A DNA stretch of 58,500 nucleotides, filler included, from Basidiobolus ranarum (GCA_040143965.1; 9 parts of 9 records of this genome joined end to end with filler, not necessarily neighbours in it), one strand, 5' to 3'. Positions 1 to 14,248 are shown, counted from the first letter of the whole stretch. Notes: generated by a model not told the origin, from the letters alone. Numbers and translations: made by a program.

Positions 1-194
1 CTGCCATAGTTTGCATGTTTCTTTCTTTTCTTCCTATTCTTCTTTGTGTTCTTTCGCTTTGATTTATTATACTTTCTACCACCGTTAACCAAAATGTTTA
101 CCATTTCTTATGACAAGGTAAAGAGAGTGAAAGTTGGCGTGAGTAGATGGGTACTACTAACCCAAAGCGAAACTAGCAATAAATTATGTAAAAT

Positions 195-1463
195 CTAAGG
201 ATTTCCTTCACGGATGGGAAGTAGCGGAGTGTCTTCGCAGGGACATGTATCTTGCTTACATATAGGGCACTAGATGCGAATGAGATTTATGATGTTTAGA
301 ATACTAGTGTTGATATCGAGGGGTACAGTATGTCTACTTACGAATTTCTTGCGTGTTGTAAGCCAAGGATCTCAATATTAGAATGCAAAGTTAGAATAAG
401 ATAGAACATGTAAAAAATATGAATGTGCTATAGTACCAATACAATCGATGTGAAATTCATGCTTGCACGGAAGAATACGCAACTTATCCTCATCAACATA
501 ATCTTCAAGACAGATTGCACACTCTTGCGGTTCATTGCCCTTTCGCTTCTCTTTATAAAACGTTTTCTTGGGTAGATTGGAAATGACACTGACGGGTGCA
601 AGATCGCGCTTTTCACGCTGCCTCTGGCGAAATCTCCATAAAATGTATATAAATGTCATCATGACTGTTGGCGACAATAGTGTGACTATAATAACATCGA
701 GGAGAGGCCTGTTGATTGAAAAGTGAATACTTATCTACAGCCATGAACCAAGAAACTTGCAAACATTACCAGTCTAGCATGTCATCTTTGATCAAACGAA
801 CCATCAATGGCTCGTCTACGAATAAAGAGAGGAAGCGAATTTGCTTGTACTGAGACTGTGGGGTAAATACAGAAGGAATCTTAACATCTGACGTATCACC
901 TGGGTGATTGTATAAACTCTATTAGCTGAGGACAAACAATGAAGTATTGAGAAAGTAGTAAGGCTCACCAGAAGCATACATAGTTACTAAACTATCAAAC
1001 TCAGTGTCCCCAACTATAACAGCGCTAGCGCCAGAAGTCTGCATGTTGCGGACTTTTTCAATAAAGGAGCAGTGACCTCTTTCAACCAAAGCAATCCAAT
1101 TTGCTATAGGAGGAGGGCTAACAGTTCCACAGCCATGTCTATGTTCCGGAGCTAGGGTCTCCATCAACACAAGGGTCCCATTTATACCTTTCTCAGTAAG
1201 CCGTGGACCAAAAGCAGCAACACGGTCCTGAAATTGAATTAAGTAAGTAATACGAAGCCAGGCATTGCAGCACATAAGCAACATACTTGGTATGTGTCAT
1301 TCGTAGACTATTTGTTGTAAGCAGCCACAATCAGTTAGTATATGAGAAAGAAAGTCGTTGAGAAAAAACCGCTTACCAGAACGATCAGAGTGGCACTAGC
1401 CCAAGAATTTAAGCCTAGAGAGATTGCTAGGAATAACGAGAAGTACATTTTCCAGGCTGTCAT
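195..1463 (-). CDS. PA-TM-RING E3 ubiquitin ligase (RNF13/RMR-like), ~7 exons
   Basis: Spliced by eye with GT-AG introns: signal peptide MTAWKMYFSLFLAISLGLNSWASA (ATG 1463), 21-nt micro-exon 1287-1307, PA domain (WIALVERGHCSFIEKVRNMQTSGASAVIVGD), TM segment, RING-H2 (CAICLEDY...LPCKHEFHIDCI...CPICK), TAG at 195-197. Confidence 0.9.
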
Positions 1464-4400
1464 TGAATATGTTACAATGGAAGTATTGAATGTTCTGGAA
1501 ATTTAATAAGGAAGTTATGGAGCTTAAAGAGCTAAAGGAGAGATAATAAGAACAAGATATCAATTAATAAACAACTCCTGGACACAATAAAGCTAAAATA
1601 ATAAGAGAATCAGCAACCAAAATATGATTAATTGACTGGAGAACAGATACGTAATTGGTTGTGTATTCAGATAGAAAGGTAGAAAGACATGGAAAAGTAT
1701 AAGTTAGGAATTAGATAGCCCAGTCAAGAAGAGTAACAACACTGGATCTGGAAAAGGACAGCTACTAGTGCTGACTGGGCTTGTCCATAAATAGCACGCC
1801 TACATAGATTACAAGCTTTTGAAGTCATCTACTGATACGATACATTTGAACGGTACATTTGAAATATTCCTTGTTCCATTGATTTCCTGCCGCGTCCAAT
1901 CAATGCACGGCTGAGCATTGGAAATGGACATTGTATTAATCCCTAACTTCCCCTGTAATGTTCAAACCATCTGATGCAAGCGCCTAGTAATTGCCACTAA
2001 CCTCTGATTGTCTGATGGTATTTATGAGATTCCCAGGATTTTGAGTTGCTAACGGTGATATTTACGCAGTCATGTGAGGATCCCAAGGTAGATTATAGCA
2101 TTCCGAAGGTGTCGCTAATAGGCTGCAAAGTCAGTGAAGATCAGCATCCTGTGTGTGACTTGATGCAAGTGTTTTGCTGGTAATCACGGGAAGTTCAACC
2201 GTAACCACATGACAGCCCGTATTATCCAAGTTTCACTTGAATAAAACTGGCTCTGCCTAGCATCATATTGACCGGAAGCAGGTATTTCAATCTGATGCAA
2301 CACATTGTTTCCTGCACAGAATATATGTTATGAATCCAACTTGCATATTTGTCGTTTGGCCACATTGATGTCTTTACTCTCAGGTGATTCCTACAATCTC
2401 AACAGATAATATCAGTCAGATTCAGGGTGAATACCTAGTTTCGGATGAGCATTAATCTCTCTGTACACTTACCAAGAGATCAAGCAAGGAGTTGGAGAGC
2501 CTCTCTACGTATTGCGGGTGGATGCATAGACTGAGGTAAAAGCCAAATACAATAGTAGCAAGAATGTATTCGAAGAAGTTGTGAGTCCAAAAAATAGTCT
2601 GAGAGCATATGGTACACACAGATCAGGAAATTCGAAACTTATAATAGGGCCTGGACGGTGAATATATTTTCTGGCCACCTATTCAATGCTTTTCAGGAAT
2701 AAGTTGCAGCTTTTATGGACACTCTATGGCACTCCAAGCACTCTTCCCGAGTTATATCCTGATGCTGATGATTGGGAAAAATCTTGCTCAGCATCGTGTC
2801 CAACAGAGGAGCGATATAAGCTCTGGAAACGTACTGAATCAAAGAAATAATCAGATGCAGGGTCTTGGAGTTATTTAGATCCGGTGTAATAGTAGTGAAT
2901 GTAGATGACTAGCGCTGTATGAAGTGAACGTTGATTTCTAACAGTACAACATGTGCAGCCCAGGCCTGTACTTCAATACTTATTTGGAGCACATGATCAA
3001 ACTTTCAGTGGAGCTTTATAACAGAACTTCAGAGGTATTATTTTTTATTAGCAAGAAAGTGGATCTTGACCGATGATATTTTCAGTCAGGAATGATCACA
3101 GGATATATAATTTGCTAACATTGTTTCAACTTGTCCACACTGTATAACATGCCGTTGGTGCTTTTAAATATCATTTACAAAATAATGCCAAAGTATGTTT
3201 CCTACCCTCAAAATAGAAATGTTACTAGAGGCAGTATTGTCAACCTCAGCCCTGCTTAGATATAGATGTAAACAGTGTACTTGTATCTAAAACGTTTGGA
3301 ATTACATTCAACATACATTAATTAATTCCCCAGATCTCTCACCTCAGTATCTTGCAACCAGCTGGTGATTGATGGTGAGCTACGCCACTCTGTTGCGCAA
3401 AAGTAATGCTGAAGTGTTTTGCCTCAGGATTCATATATAGGAATTACTGCATAGATGATGTTGCAATAGAGCGCTACTGAAAGTAGAAGGGTACTTAGAT
3501 CGTAGAGTCAGGCTAAGTATTGTGTGATTTACTTGCAACCCACTTTTATCTCATCAATCTATTCCTTTAGGCTCTATGCTTTCCCCAGCCTATTTTATCG
3601 TCACTTGTCCTTGCCAAAGTGAGATAACTGTAATGATAGTGATGGTAGGCAATAAGAACAATGCTATTGATGGTATCAGAAGCAAACTCTATAGAAAGCA
3701 AATGAATGAAGCCATTCCAAGACACTGGTGCTATACAAGACAAGTGGACGAGCATATATGCTAACTGAATAGCTATAATTAACAGCAGCAATCAAAATGC
3801 TAACCAATTTGTTGGTCCGCTTGTTTAATGATGACATAGTTGTTTCGTTGACTTGGTGGAAACTCAAGTTTGATTATCATTGAAACTTACTGAATGTCCA
3901 AGAACTTATCATACAGAATATTCGGAGCAAAATCCACAAGGTGGCTATGTGGTTAAGAAATTCAAGTCTGACAAGGGAGAAAGATACTTCAAATATTCAA
4001 CATTCTATTGGGTGTATGATTCATCAGTGGTCAAGTTTCACATTCAACAGAATGCTCCATACAGCTTACAACAAAAAAGTGTAGAATCAGAAGGAGTAGA
4101 TGTGAGTGCTGATGGACAAAATGAATCTGATGTGTAGGAATGATTGGACTATGGTCTTGTTGGCAGATAGTGCATGCGTGTGTTCTGATATACGCCAATA
4201 TTGCTACAATATCTGTAACAAATATCAGGTATATAACAGCGTGATGTGGTAGTGCCTCATGTATTACCATATGATAGTACACCTTGGAAATTCACTTCAA
4301 ATATTGTTATTTTACCCAGACTCGATATATTGCATAACTACCATCAAACATCAGGTGCTATGAGTCCAATACTCATTCACCAAGTTAATATAGATGAACA

Positions 4401-4615
4401 GTAGCCTTGAGCCATAATTCATTAGTCTCAATGAGTGTTTGCAATGCTACTCAGGTATTATACCTATCTAAGTAAGTACTGGTGTTTGGAATAAATGGAT
4501 AGAAGTATTTTATTTAATTTAAATCATTGTAAAAACTGAAGGTTTGTGAAGAAGACTTCAAGAAATGGAGCTGTTATATATTCATGAGATGATAAACTAG
4601 CCTGAAAGTACTTAT

Positions 4616-4962
4616 TGTTAAAGTATTTGGGAGCCTGTTGGAAGTGGTTTGGAGAATTAGCAAAATTTGTGCTTTTCACTTATTGATTTATTGAGTAAAA
4701 AGTTGACATTTGTTGTTTTGTCAAGATATAAACAGACTAAAAGATATAATGTGCTTAGGAAAGTCCCAGGAACATGTGCACAAAGTTTGGGGCTTCTAGC
4801 ACAAATTTGAAAAATCTATATATCTGAGAACTTCTAAGTTGGTAAAGATACTCTATGAAATTCAAATTGACAATAATGGGTAATATCTTGGTATTATATA
4901 AGATTACCAAGTACTAAGCTATATATATCTATATAGGTGCTCAGGCAATGCAAATTTCAATG
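4616..4962 (-). mobile_element. Solo LTR, copia family A
   Basis: Reverse-complement match to the LTR at 5364-5692; near-perfect 5-bp TSD CTTAT/CTTAC. Confidence 0.8.
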
Positions 4963-5363
4963 CTTACATCATTGAAGTTTGTAATATAAACAAGTATCAA
5001 TTTCTACTTACAAAATCTGTGGATCTAAAGTGAGCCATCATGTATTTAATTTTAATAACTGGGACATTAGAGGGAAAGTTTGTAATTCCTGTGGATTTAA
5101 CATAAATCTTAGGCACACAGTATGATTTTGAACCTAGTCACATTCTGTAAGTACTACTAACTACTTCCTGTAGATCCATTGAATATTACATTTACCAAAG
5201 TAGATGTAACATATGAAATGGCAATGAACCAAGTTTAACTAAGTATGACCATCACATGATTTCTAAATCTTGGTTTTGCCTACACTTTGGAACAAAGGTT
5301 AAGTTCAAGAGCAATATGCTTATTAGCATATCTACAAGAGAAATAGAGAAATGAGCTATTTTC

Positions 5364-5692
5364 TGTTGAAATTAGCATTGCCTAAACACCTATATAGTCA
5401 TATATAGCTTAGTACTTAGTTATCTCATAATTTGCTAACATATTATCCATTATTCTCATGAGGAATTTACTGAGAAGTTCTCAGATATATTAATTTTGAT
5501 AACTTGTGCTAGAAGCCCCAAACTTTGCACACATGCTTCTGGGACCCTTCTGAACACATTCTACATATTAGTTTGTTTACATCTTGACAAAACTATAAAT
5601 GTCAACTTTTTACTCAATAAATCAAATAGTAAAAACCACCAATGCCTCTAATTTTCCAAACCACTTCCAACAGGCTCCTAAATACTTTAACA
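5364..5692 (+). mobile_element. Solo LTR, copia family A
   Basis: TGTTGAAATTAGC...TTTAACA termini with perfect 5-bp TSD TTTTC (5359-5363, 5693-5697). The same LTR follows a PPT and copia RNase H at 10867-11217. Confidence 0.9.
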
Positions 5693-5989
5693 TTTTCCAC
5701 ATTGTCCATCATCCATGAAGGCTATTTGATCCTTGAGCATATATCTTCAGGTGCGGAGCATTTAGGCAAAGCATTTTGATAACAGTTTTAGAAATTAGTG
5801 ATGCTCATTTGCTTAGGATATATGCTGCATACAAGAATAAATAAATTATATCTAAGAAATGTTGGATAATCAATCCTTATCAAGCAACTCAGTTAGCTCC
5901 AGATATGATACTTATATCTGAACTATGAAAGCATCACATTGATAGCCCCTATACTCTGATGTGGAATATTGCTATATCTTTGTAACTAG

Positions 5990-6317
5990 TGTTGAAGTAA
6001 GCATAGCCTAAGCAACTATATAGTCATATATTGCTTAGTGTATTTATTATATATTTCATCATGACATCACCCACTATTCTCATGAGGAATCTAATATCTA
6101 ATTCTCAGATAGGTAGATTTCTTAAACTTGTGCTAGAAGCCACACACTTTGCACACATGATCCTGGGATCATACTGAGTACATTGTACTTGTTAACTTGT
6201 AAATATCTTGACAAAGCTATAAAGATAATCTTTCAACTGAACAAATCAATAGGTGAGAGCCACTAATTCTTCTGGTTCTCCATATCACATCCAACAAACT
6301 CCCAGAGTACTTTAACA
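5990..6317 (+). mobile_element. Solo LTR, copia family A (diverged copy)
   Basis: TGTTG...TTTAACA termini with perfect TSD ACTAG (5985-5989, 6318-6322). Confidence 0.85.
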
Positions 6318-6326
6318 ACTAGTGTG

Positions 6327-6436
6327 TGTTAAAGTATTTGGGAGCCTGTTGGAAGTGGTTTGGAGAATTAGAGGAATTGGTGGTTTTCACTTATTGATTT
6401 ATTGAGTAGAAAGTTGACATTTATAGTTTTGTCAAG
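6327..6436 (-). mobile_element. Partial LTR, family A, cut by contig end
   Basis: tgttaaagtatttgggagcctgttggaagtgg is identical to the end of the 4616 copy. Confidence 0.8.
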
Positions 6437-6536
6437 NNNNNNNNNNNNNNNNNNNNNNNNNNNNNNNNNNNNNNNNNNNNTTAATTAATTAANNNNNNNN
6501 NNNNNNNNNNNNNNNNNNNNNNNNNNNNNNNNNNNN
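6437..6536. other. Artificial contig spacer (also at 12964, 19481, 25990, 32497, 39001, 45504, 52003)
   Basis: Identical 100-bp N44-TTAATTAATTAA-N44 linker with stops in all six frames. Contig lengths between linkers are 6427, 6417, 6409, 6407, 6404, 6403 and 6399 bp. Confidence 0.97.
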
Positions 6537-7862
6537 CCTTCCATGTTCCACCGACATCTTTGACTACTGCTTGACCACCGAGTTTTCCTTCCGTGCCTAC
6601 TTCTAAAGAGACCCTTGTCACCTCAGTAGCAAATGTCTGCAACTGATCCACCATAGTGTTAATGGTGGTCTTTAATTCATGAATTTCTCCTTTCACATCG
6701 ACTGTAACCTTCTTGGAGAGATCACCTCGAGCAACTGCTTTACTCACATTCGCAATATCTCGGACTTGTGCGGTTAAATTAGAAGCCATTAAGTTTACAT
6801 TATCGGTTAGTAACTTCCAGGTACCATCAACCCCAGGAACCTCAGCTTGGACACCCAGTTTTCCTTCAGTTCCAACTTCATGAGCAACACGAGTCACTTC
6901 AGAGGCGAAAGAGTTCAATTGATCTACCATAGTATTAATCGTATTCTTTAAAACAAATGTTTCTCCTTTCACATCTACCGAAATCTTTTTTGATAGATCT
7001 CCACGAGCAACTGCTGTACAAACTTCCGCGATATCACGAACTTGTTCAGAGTGACTAGAGGCCACTCGATTCAAATTAATCATCATTTCTTTCCAAGAAC
7101 CACCCCATTTATGGGTTTCTCCTTGAATACACAGTTTGCCCATTTCAGCCATTTCACGTCCAACATGTAATACTTCAGAAGAGAGTTCCTCAAGACGATC
7201 AGCCATTCCATTGATTGCGTTCTTTAAAGCCAAAGTAGATCCGGTAGCGCGAGTACAAATAATTCTTTTCGAAAGGTCTCCATTTGTGATGGCGATAGCA
7301 ACATCTGTGCACTCATCCATACAATTCAAACAAGTACTGCCTGAACCGTTAGCTGACGAATGATGCTCATCAACATCGTCTTCATAATCCTCTCCAGAGG
7401 CAGAAGTGCAAGAGGACGAGAGTGACTCAGCCTCGGAATGCTTAGCAGATATTGAAGTTGGCAGATGTGTACCAGCTAAAGATACGGATAAATTAAAGAA
7501 GTTAAGTATGTCTTTATCAAGATTTGAACAAGAAGAAAAAAGTTACTTGGATTCTCTAAGGTGTGACCTTCTCTTTGCTTTTTAAGATACTCGCAATCCC
7601 CATTATCCACATTAGAGCTTAAAGGTAAGTATGGACAAGAGGTGTTGATTTCACTAGGGGGTTTCCTCTCGAATCGGTTTTGATATTTCTCCAATTCCTT
7701 TTCTAAGAAAAGTTGACGACGTAATACCTGTTGTAGTGCTTTTTCAACATATATCTCAGTTTCGGAAGTGCCACGATTCAAAGAATAGGTGTATTTGCTG
7801 GGACTGTCGTGACCCATGGAGGTCAGAACATCGCCTACGTATTTTAAAAAATCTGTCGTCAT
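6537..7862 (-). CDS. Group III-type hybrid histidine kinase (Nik1/Os-1-like), 5' part with tandem HAMP repeats; truncated by contig end
   Basis: Repeated HAMP units ([23 protein letters not shown]...[35 protein letters not shown]). Upstream exon probably starts MTTDFLKYV; start and intron (~7475-7555) are approximate. Confidence 0.88.
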
Positions 7863-10332
7863 ATTACTAGGAGTACTAAGTATAGGGTCGGATAAGAATT
7901 TATCCTCGGTTGCTATAGAAACTCTGCGAGAAGCGAAGGTCATGAATACTTGATATTTCAAGAAATTTTAAGGTTGCAGGAAAGTAGTCTAGGGGTACGA
8001 AGACGCTATCCTCTATGAAAATACAATATATATGGTACAAGTGGTATACAGGTAAAGAGGGTATGAGTAACTCCTTTGACTTGTTTCCTATCTTCTTAGG
8101 GGATTTACGTAACAAAGGACGTTTCCTTTGGTAAAGGGGAGTGGTGATATGGGATTTCTAAGAGTTGGGAATTAGTGAAGAAGTCAGATCGATTAAACTA
8201 TTGCGATAAAGACTTTTAAACCGAAGTGCAACTTGAAAGAGTTGAATAAGGATTATCGTCAGAAGAAATAAAGTGGGAAGGAGACTAATAAATCAAAAAT
8301 GAAGTCTCTTTTTTATTTGTATTACTATTGTAAAATGTCACTCGGAATTCAGGGAGTACAAGCAAGTCCATGAATCAGTGCAGTAGAGACTATGATGACA
8401 TAGTTTGTAAATAAACATAATTGATGCTTATTTAAGGTATTGGGAACAGGTAACGGGATAAAGCGACACTCTGGGGCCTTTCATTTTCAAATAGCAAATC
8501 AATATAAATTTTAAATTAGAGAAAGACATCATGATATCCAGGATACCACACATCGTCTCAACCAAACCTACATTTTGTCAGTATTCGATCATAGAACGCA
8601 CCAGCTTCCTGAAAGGTTTTAGGAAAATCATGGAAGCGAATGGTGACAGACAAAGTTGGTACGTGTTAGCATCACCAGTATTGAGATCGCAGCTGGGTAC
8701 ATAACTTCCCCATCAACAAACATGATGCATGTGCTCATAGTTTTGGCAATTTAATTGCAAACCAAATAATATTGGGAAGACTCAGACGATCGATAGCTGG
8801 AACACGGACATGTGCATAGAAAACCTCCATTTGCATATTCTATATGGGCTCCGTAAACCATTACATTATCAATCTCAGCCACATGCCTATCAGTATAAAG
8901 GCTCGAGTAACATTAATGGAGATATCCAAGACCGGTATTGCCATTTTTGCCAGATTGGTACAGATCAATTATCCGAATTTTCCAAGATCGGCAATTCAAT
9001 GGGTGACAATTACGTACATTCCAAAAAGCACTGGCCAAGAAATTCTGGCATTTACTGAAGCTCCAATAGAGTCGCGCTTTTCAATTAAAGTAAGCTTGGC
9101 ACAGAATTTCTCGATTCATAGTTGGATTGTTCCGATTACGGACTCTAGCGCCCAGTTGTTCGTCGTGAAGAGGAAGAGAAACAGCCCAAGTAGAGTGGGT
9201 GCAGGGAAGTCCAAGAAAACGTGCAGTGAGGGTGATCAGAAATATCGCATAGTGAGCAAACTCTCTAACACGAGGGAGTACTGACTGGATCTTCTGGTAG
9301 GGTTCTACTCCAGGTGTCAGAGTTACTAGCAAGAGTCGGCCTCTTCCTGATTTCAGCCATGGGCTTACTGTGGAGTTCCCCTTGGTTGAGCAGAATTTTC
9401 TATTATTTCCAGTGGTAGTGCAGATTGCGCCTTATGCACAGTTAAAACGGAACATATCCAATGGGTAGTCTTAATCCCGCGGGTATGGTGACATATTAAT
9501 GTACTACAGATCTATGCTTGAGCCAAGCAGCCACGACCTGAGAGCATTAAGGAGCCATTTCGATTAAGGAGTAGGTTCAATCTGCCTAGTCAGTTGAGCA
9601 ACCAATGCGTAGACGGTATCTGTACGTCTCATTCTCGATGGCCAATGCATCCCGAGGCCCGATATATACAATACCGGTATCATCCATTCATTAGTTCTGA
9701 AAGTACTTTGATCATGATATAGAGTGCAATCTATGAGTTAATAGATTTGCTTCACTGCCATATTGGGCCAGGCTCAAGAACTTTTACATGCGGCAAATTT
9801 GAGCACGCCAATGTAATACACTCTTATCAGGCAACATATTTCTCACCCTGTAATTGGCATCAAAGATATTTTATTCAGTCAAACATGTCGATGCTTCAAT
9901 GGCTCGTGATTTAAATCATTTCCTATTCATGTGGATTCTCATAGAGAACAGCCCCCCCTCGAATATACAGAAATCTTACTGTATAGTGATTAAGGTAGTT
10001 TACTGTTCCTATGACACATGCTCCCCTGTTAATGTTTAACCTTCAAACAAAGAGATTCAAACTGTCCTATTGTTCATAAACCAAACCAGAGCTTTGCTTG
10101 CAGCTTTGGTCTTGTAAATGACCATCATGTCTGTGATCCCTATTGAGCACTAGTTTTGGTGATACTTTCATAGTCAGAGTAGCTCCCCAAGCTAAGTTTA
10201 GTTCCATAATGGTATAGTTAATAATTATTGTCTTCTTTTATAGTGTTTAGACATTCACTCCAAGGGTAATGGTTAGTTGCCAGAGTTTCACAGAAACTAG
10301 CCAGTATTCCAGGGTTGTTTTCATGTATAGCC

Positions 10333-10866
10333 CTAACAGAAATTTGAGAATGATTATTGTAAGAAAACCATCACAATTATAATCCATTTTGGGTTGACCA
10401 TTTACTAACCATCATAAAATCATCAAGTTAGATTTGATTTTAATCAATTTTTTCAATTTCAGGAGTGAAATTTCAAGATCTCACATAGTAGTTGCACATG
10501 ATTGGCTACAATATCAGAAAAGTATGGATCAACACATGTGTGAAAAACATATCCCAAATTTTTCACATTTACCACTGGTATGCTAATTTATCATCTTTAA
10601 AATCCTTAGTTTCTTTGTTATATTCTCCTGAATACTATTTTTAAGTACTTCATACCCAAGGTTTGGCTCATATCCAATACAAGTTTGTATCAATATCTCC
10701 ATCATAGCCCACCATTGTATTAATATTACTGAATCAACATTCTTCCAGCTATCTGCCAGATACCCCACAATATTGTGAGACTCTATATTAAGTTCTTGAC
10801 AGATATCTGCATGGTCAATATCAGATTGTATGTCAAGTTGAATATCCTTCTTCCAAAGCCACTTGC
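10333..10866 (-). repeat. Unclassified repeat family C (other copies 12787-12963, 43482-44830, 53010-55095)
   Basis: Shared terminus (C/T)TAACAGAAAT and a homologous decayed ORF (KWL.KK.IQL.IQS..DH.DIC.EL....HN.VGYL.DSWK.VDS..LIQW). Confidence 0.75.
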
Positions 10867-11584
10867 TGTTAAAGTATTTCAAAACCTGTTAGAAGTGGTT
10901 TGGAGAATTAGAGAAATTGATAGTTTTCACATATTGATTTATTGAGTTAAAAGTTCACATTTATAGTTTTGTCAAGATGTAAGTAAGCTAATGTATAGAA
11001 TGTATTACAAAAGGTCCCAGGAACATGTGTGCATAGTTTGGGACTTCTAGCACAAGTTTGAAAAAATCTATATATATCCAAGAACTTCTAAGTAGGTGTC
11101 AATATTCTAGGTAAGTTCCAAAAGAGAATAATGGATAATATCTTGGTGAAAAATAGGATAGCTACACACTAAGCTATATATGACTATATATGTATTTAGG
11201 CAGTGCTAATTTCAACACTCTCCCTCAACTGAATAGTCATATAAACTAATCCTAAAGAAGGTCTAAATTCCCAAAATATCTATTTAGCTAATGGTTTGGA
11301 CAATATATCAGCAATCATGTCTTCGGTAGAATAATAAGTTAGGTCTATAAACTTATTCTCTGTAGTCTCTTTAATGAAGTGATATCTAATATCTATGTGT
11401 TTGCTTCCATTATGAAACATGGGATCTTTAGCTAATTTAATACAACTTTGATTATCTTGAAATATTTTAGTGTGTGAATTTTGAGAACAACCCAAATCAG
11501 TTCAGAGTTTTCTTAACCATATTGCTTCTTTTGCTGCTTCACTGGCAGCCATTTATTCTGATTCTGTTATTGAAAGCACTATTG
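10867..11584 (-). mobile_element. Ty1/copia 3' end: RNase H + PPT + LTR family A
   Basis: IFQDNQSCIKLAKDPMFHNGSKHIDIRYHF...DMIADILSKPL, followed by PPT TTGAGGGAGAG and TGTTGAAATTAGC. RNase H resumes at ~12670-12786 after a nested insertion. Confidence 0.88.
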
Positions 11585-12656
11585 TGTAGCAGGATTGAGT
11601 TACTACCCACTGGCAGGTTGAATTATTTCCATTCCTAGCTCATATCACTATTATTCCACAATTTCTATTTTCTTTTCTATATTTGACTTACCCAGACTTT
11701 CTAGCTAATCATATTGCACTATCAGTACTATCCTCTATTATTTGAGATTTATCAGTACTAACCCACTTTGGCCCTATGATTTTCTGGAAATTTCTACAAT
11801 CCTCCAGAACATTCAATAAGATTCTTGGAATATTTGATGATTGCTTGAATTTTGACCAATCAAAACTTTATTTTGCTGGAATGTTCCACTAATTTTTGTA
11901 TTATTTTACAACCTTCCAGAACATTCCATGGATCACTAATTTTATAATTTATGATGATTTCATATCCCTAGATCCCAACCAATAGAAATATCTGGAGCTT
12001 TCTGGAAATTTTTGTTAGTGATCTTTCTTCCTTGAGAAAAGTACATATAGGAGCCATATCTTTTCAATAAAAATCATACTGGTTTTTGACTTACAATTGC
12101 TACTTGTGATCACCTCTTATTTTTATCACTGCTTATGAGACCTTGAAGGGAAGCTTAAGAGAGACTACTAAAGACAGTTACAGGCTACTGTGTAACTAGA
12201 AAGGACTTGACTATCTCAAAAGAAGTATTGACAGGCAGGTGTTATAATTTGGATACTGTTTATGTTTTTCCCTAGCTTTGTCTGTAAAGGCAAGGAACTT
12301 TTCATATCATTGGATAAATCACTACTGGTGCATCCTTGTTCAAGACCCTGCTGGCTGAGTTTACAGTTGTTTTTGATTGGATATACTCATTTTGTCTGGT
12401 CACTCTCAAAGGATGTCAAAGCCAGTATATTCTTTTGTCAGGCACCCATATATCATTCAACAGAAAGCTGGATATTGCATTGTGACTTGTCAGTCCTTTG
12501 ACTTTTTTAGAGGTTTAATGACATTTCACAAAGACCTAAGAGGCAACAGATGGGCACATATTACAGTACATTCCAGAGTTATTCAACCATGGTTATTACA
12601 CCCTTTGGACACCTCACAAAACTCTTAAGATATTGCAGTTGTAGTTGCTGCTTACA
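11585..12656 (+). mobile_element. ~1.07 kb LTR-like repeat family B nested in copia RNase H
   Basis: TGTA...TACA termini; second copy inverted at 55680-56748; no clean TSD seen. Confidence 0.7.
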
Positions 12657-13063
12657 CTCTAAAACACCACAATGGTAGGATGTTTGTTTGAATTCCAAGA
12701 AATAGCTCCATTACAGCAAAGAAACAAGTATCTTGTTGTAGATCTCCCAACTTCAATATCTCTTCCCCAAGTTGCATCTGAATAAACTAACAGAAATATA
12801 AGGATTGTTATTGTAGGAAAACCATCACAATATTAATCCATTTGGGGTTGACCATTTACTTACTGTCATAAAATTGTCAAGTTAGATTTGATTTTAATCA
12901 ATTTTTTTAGTTTCAGGAGTGAAATTTCAAGATTTTGCAAAATAGTTGCACATGATTGGCTACNNNNNNNNNNNNNNNNNNNNNNNNNNNNNNNNNNNNN
13001 NNNNNNNTTAATTAATTAANNNNNNNNNNNNNNNNNNNNNNNNNNNNNNNNNNNNNNNNNNNN

Positions 13064-13870
13064 CCCTATTTAGTTGAGGAAGAGTGTTGAAATTAGCATT
13101 GCTTAATTACCTATATAGTCATATATAAAGTTTACTATTGGGTTTTTTGATATTTAACTAGGATATTACCCATTGTTTTCAATCAGAATTTACTAGCATT
13201 ATTTTTACCTACTTACATATTCTCAGGTATATGGATTTTTCAAAATTGAGTTAGAAGCCTCAAACTTTGCACACATGTTCCTGGGACCTTTTGTAACACA
13301 TTCTAGAAGCCAGCTTATCTATATCTTAACAAAACTATAAATGTCAAATTTCCACACAATAATTCAACAAGTAAAAACCAACAATTTCTCTAGTTCTTGA
13401 AACCACTTCCAACAAGCTCAGAAAACACTTCAACAAGAAGTTCTCCAATATATAGATTCTTTCAAACTTGTCCTAGAAGTCCCAAACTCTGCACAAATAT
13501 TCCCAAAATCTGCCTTAACACTTTCTATATGTTTGTTTACTCCTTGACAAAACTATAACTGTGAGCTTTCCACTCAATCAATCAATGAGTGAATACTGTC
13601 AATTTTTTCAAGTTACACAAACCACTTCCTACAACTCCCAAAATACTTCTACTGGTTGTGAGCCCCAAGCTACACACTCTGTAATGTTTACCTCTAAATT
13701 TCTGGAACTTTTCCTTCCTCCAAAAATTGGATAGAACCAATTACCAAGTTTGGAAAATAAAGATGAAAATACTGCTGCAAGAAAAAGTACTTTAGGAAAC
13801 TGTTGAAGGAGATGAAAACAACGCAGAGCTGTCTGAAACCAAGGGTTTACTCCAAGTTGGGAAAAAACAA
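13064..13870 (+). mobile_element. Copia remnants: PPT + LTR A (13085-13435), partial LTR, PBS-like site (~13654) and gag start
   Basis: TTGAGGAAGAG-TGTTGAAATTAGC; GGTTGTGAGCCC PBS-like motif; LDRTNYQVWKIKMKILLQEK gag-like peptide. Confidence 0.75.
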
Positions 13871-14248
13871 AGTGACTTTAATATAATATATTGATATCTA
13901 TTACATTGAATAATGTAAGCCTATAAAATGATGTTCAAACAAGAAAAAAGTTGACCTACGCAAATTCAACTGGTTGGTTGGCTACTTGATAACAAAACAC
14001 AAATACCTAATGACCTCCTAGTCTTTGAGTGTCAATGGGAAATGTTCAACACACCGAGATCCCAACCTTACAATAGTGTAAATAGAGAATCAATGTCTAC
14101 GATATGGGTATTTGCTTTAGTAAATTGACTTAGATGTCACCGATAAGAATGACGCTAAGCAGTAGTAAGGAAACGCCAGCCAACACAACCACTTACTGTA
14201 CTTGAACTATATTCTTAATACCTGACATAACAGGGAGATACCCAAACC

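Noticed and set aside
2300-4300. Coding-like stretch with short broken ORFs
   Set aside because: May be an old pseudogene or transposon relic, but no family motif was recognised.
6481-6492. Regularly spaced TTAATTAATTAA palindrome every ~6.5 kb
   Set aside because: Always embedded in N runs; it is an artificial six-frame-stop linker.
8810-9332. 146-aa ORF upstream of the histidine kinase
   Set aside because: No recognisable domain or splice support; possibly a decayed gene, but cannot be called.
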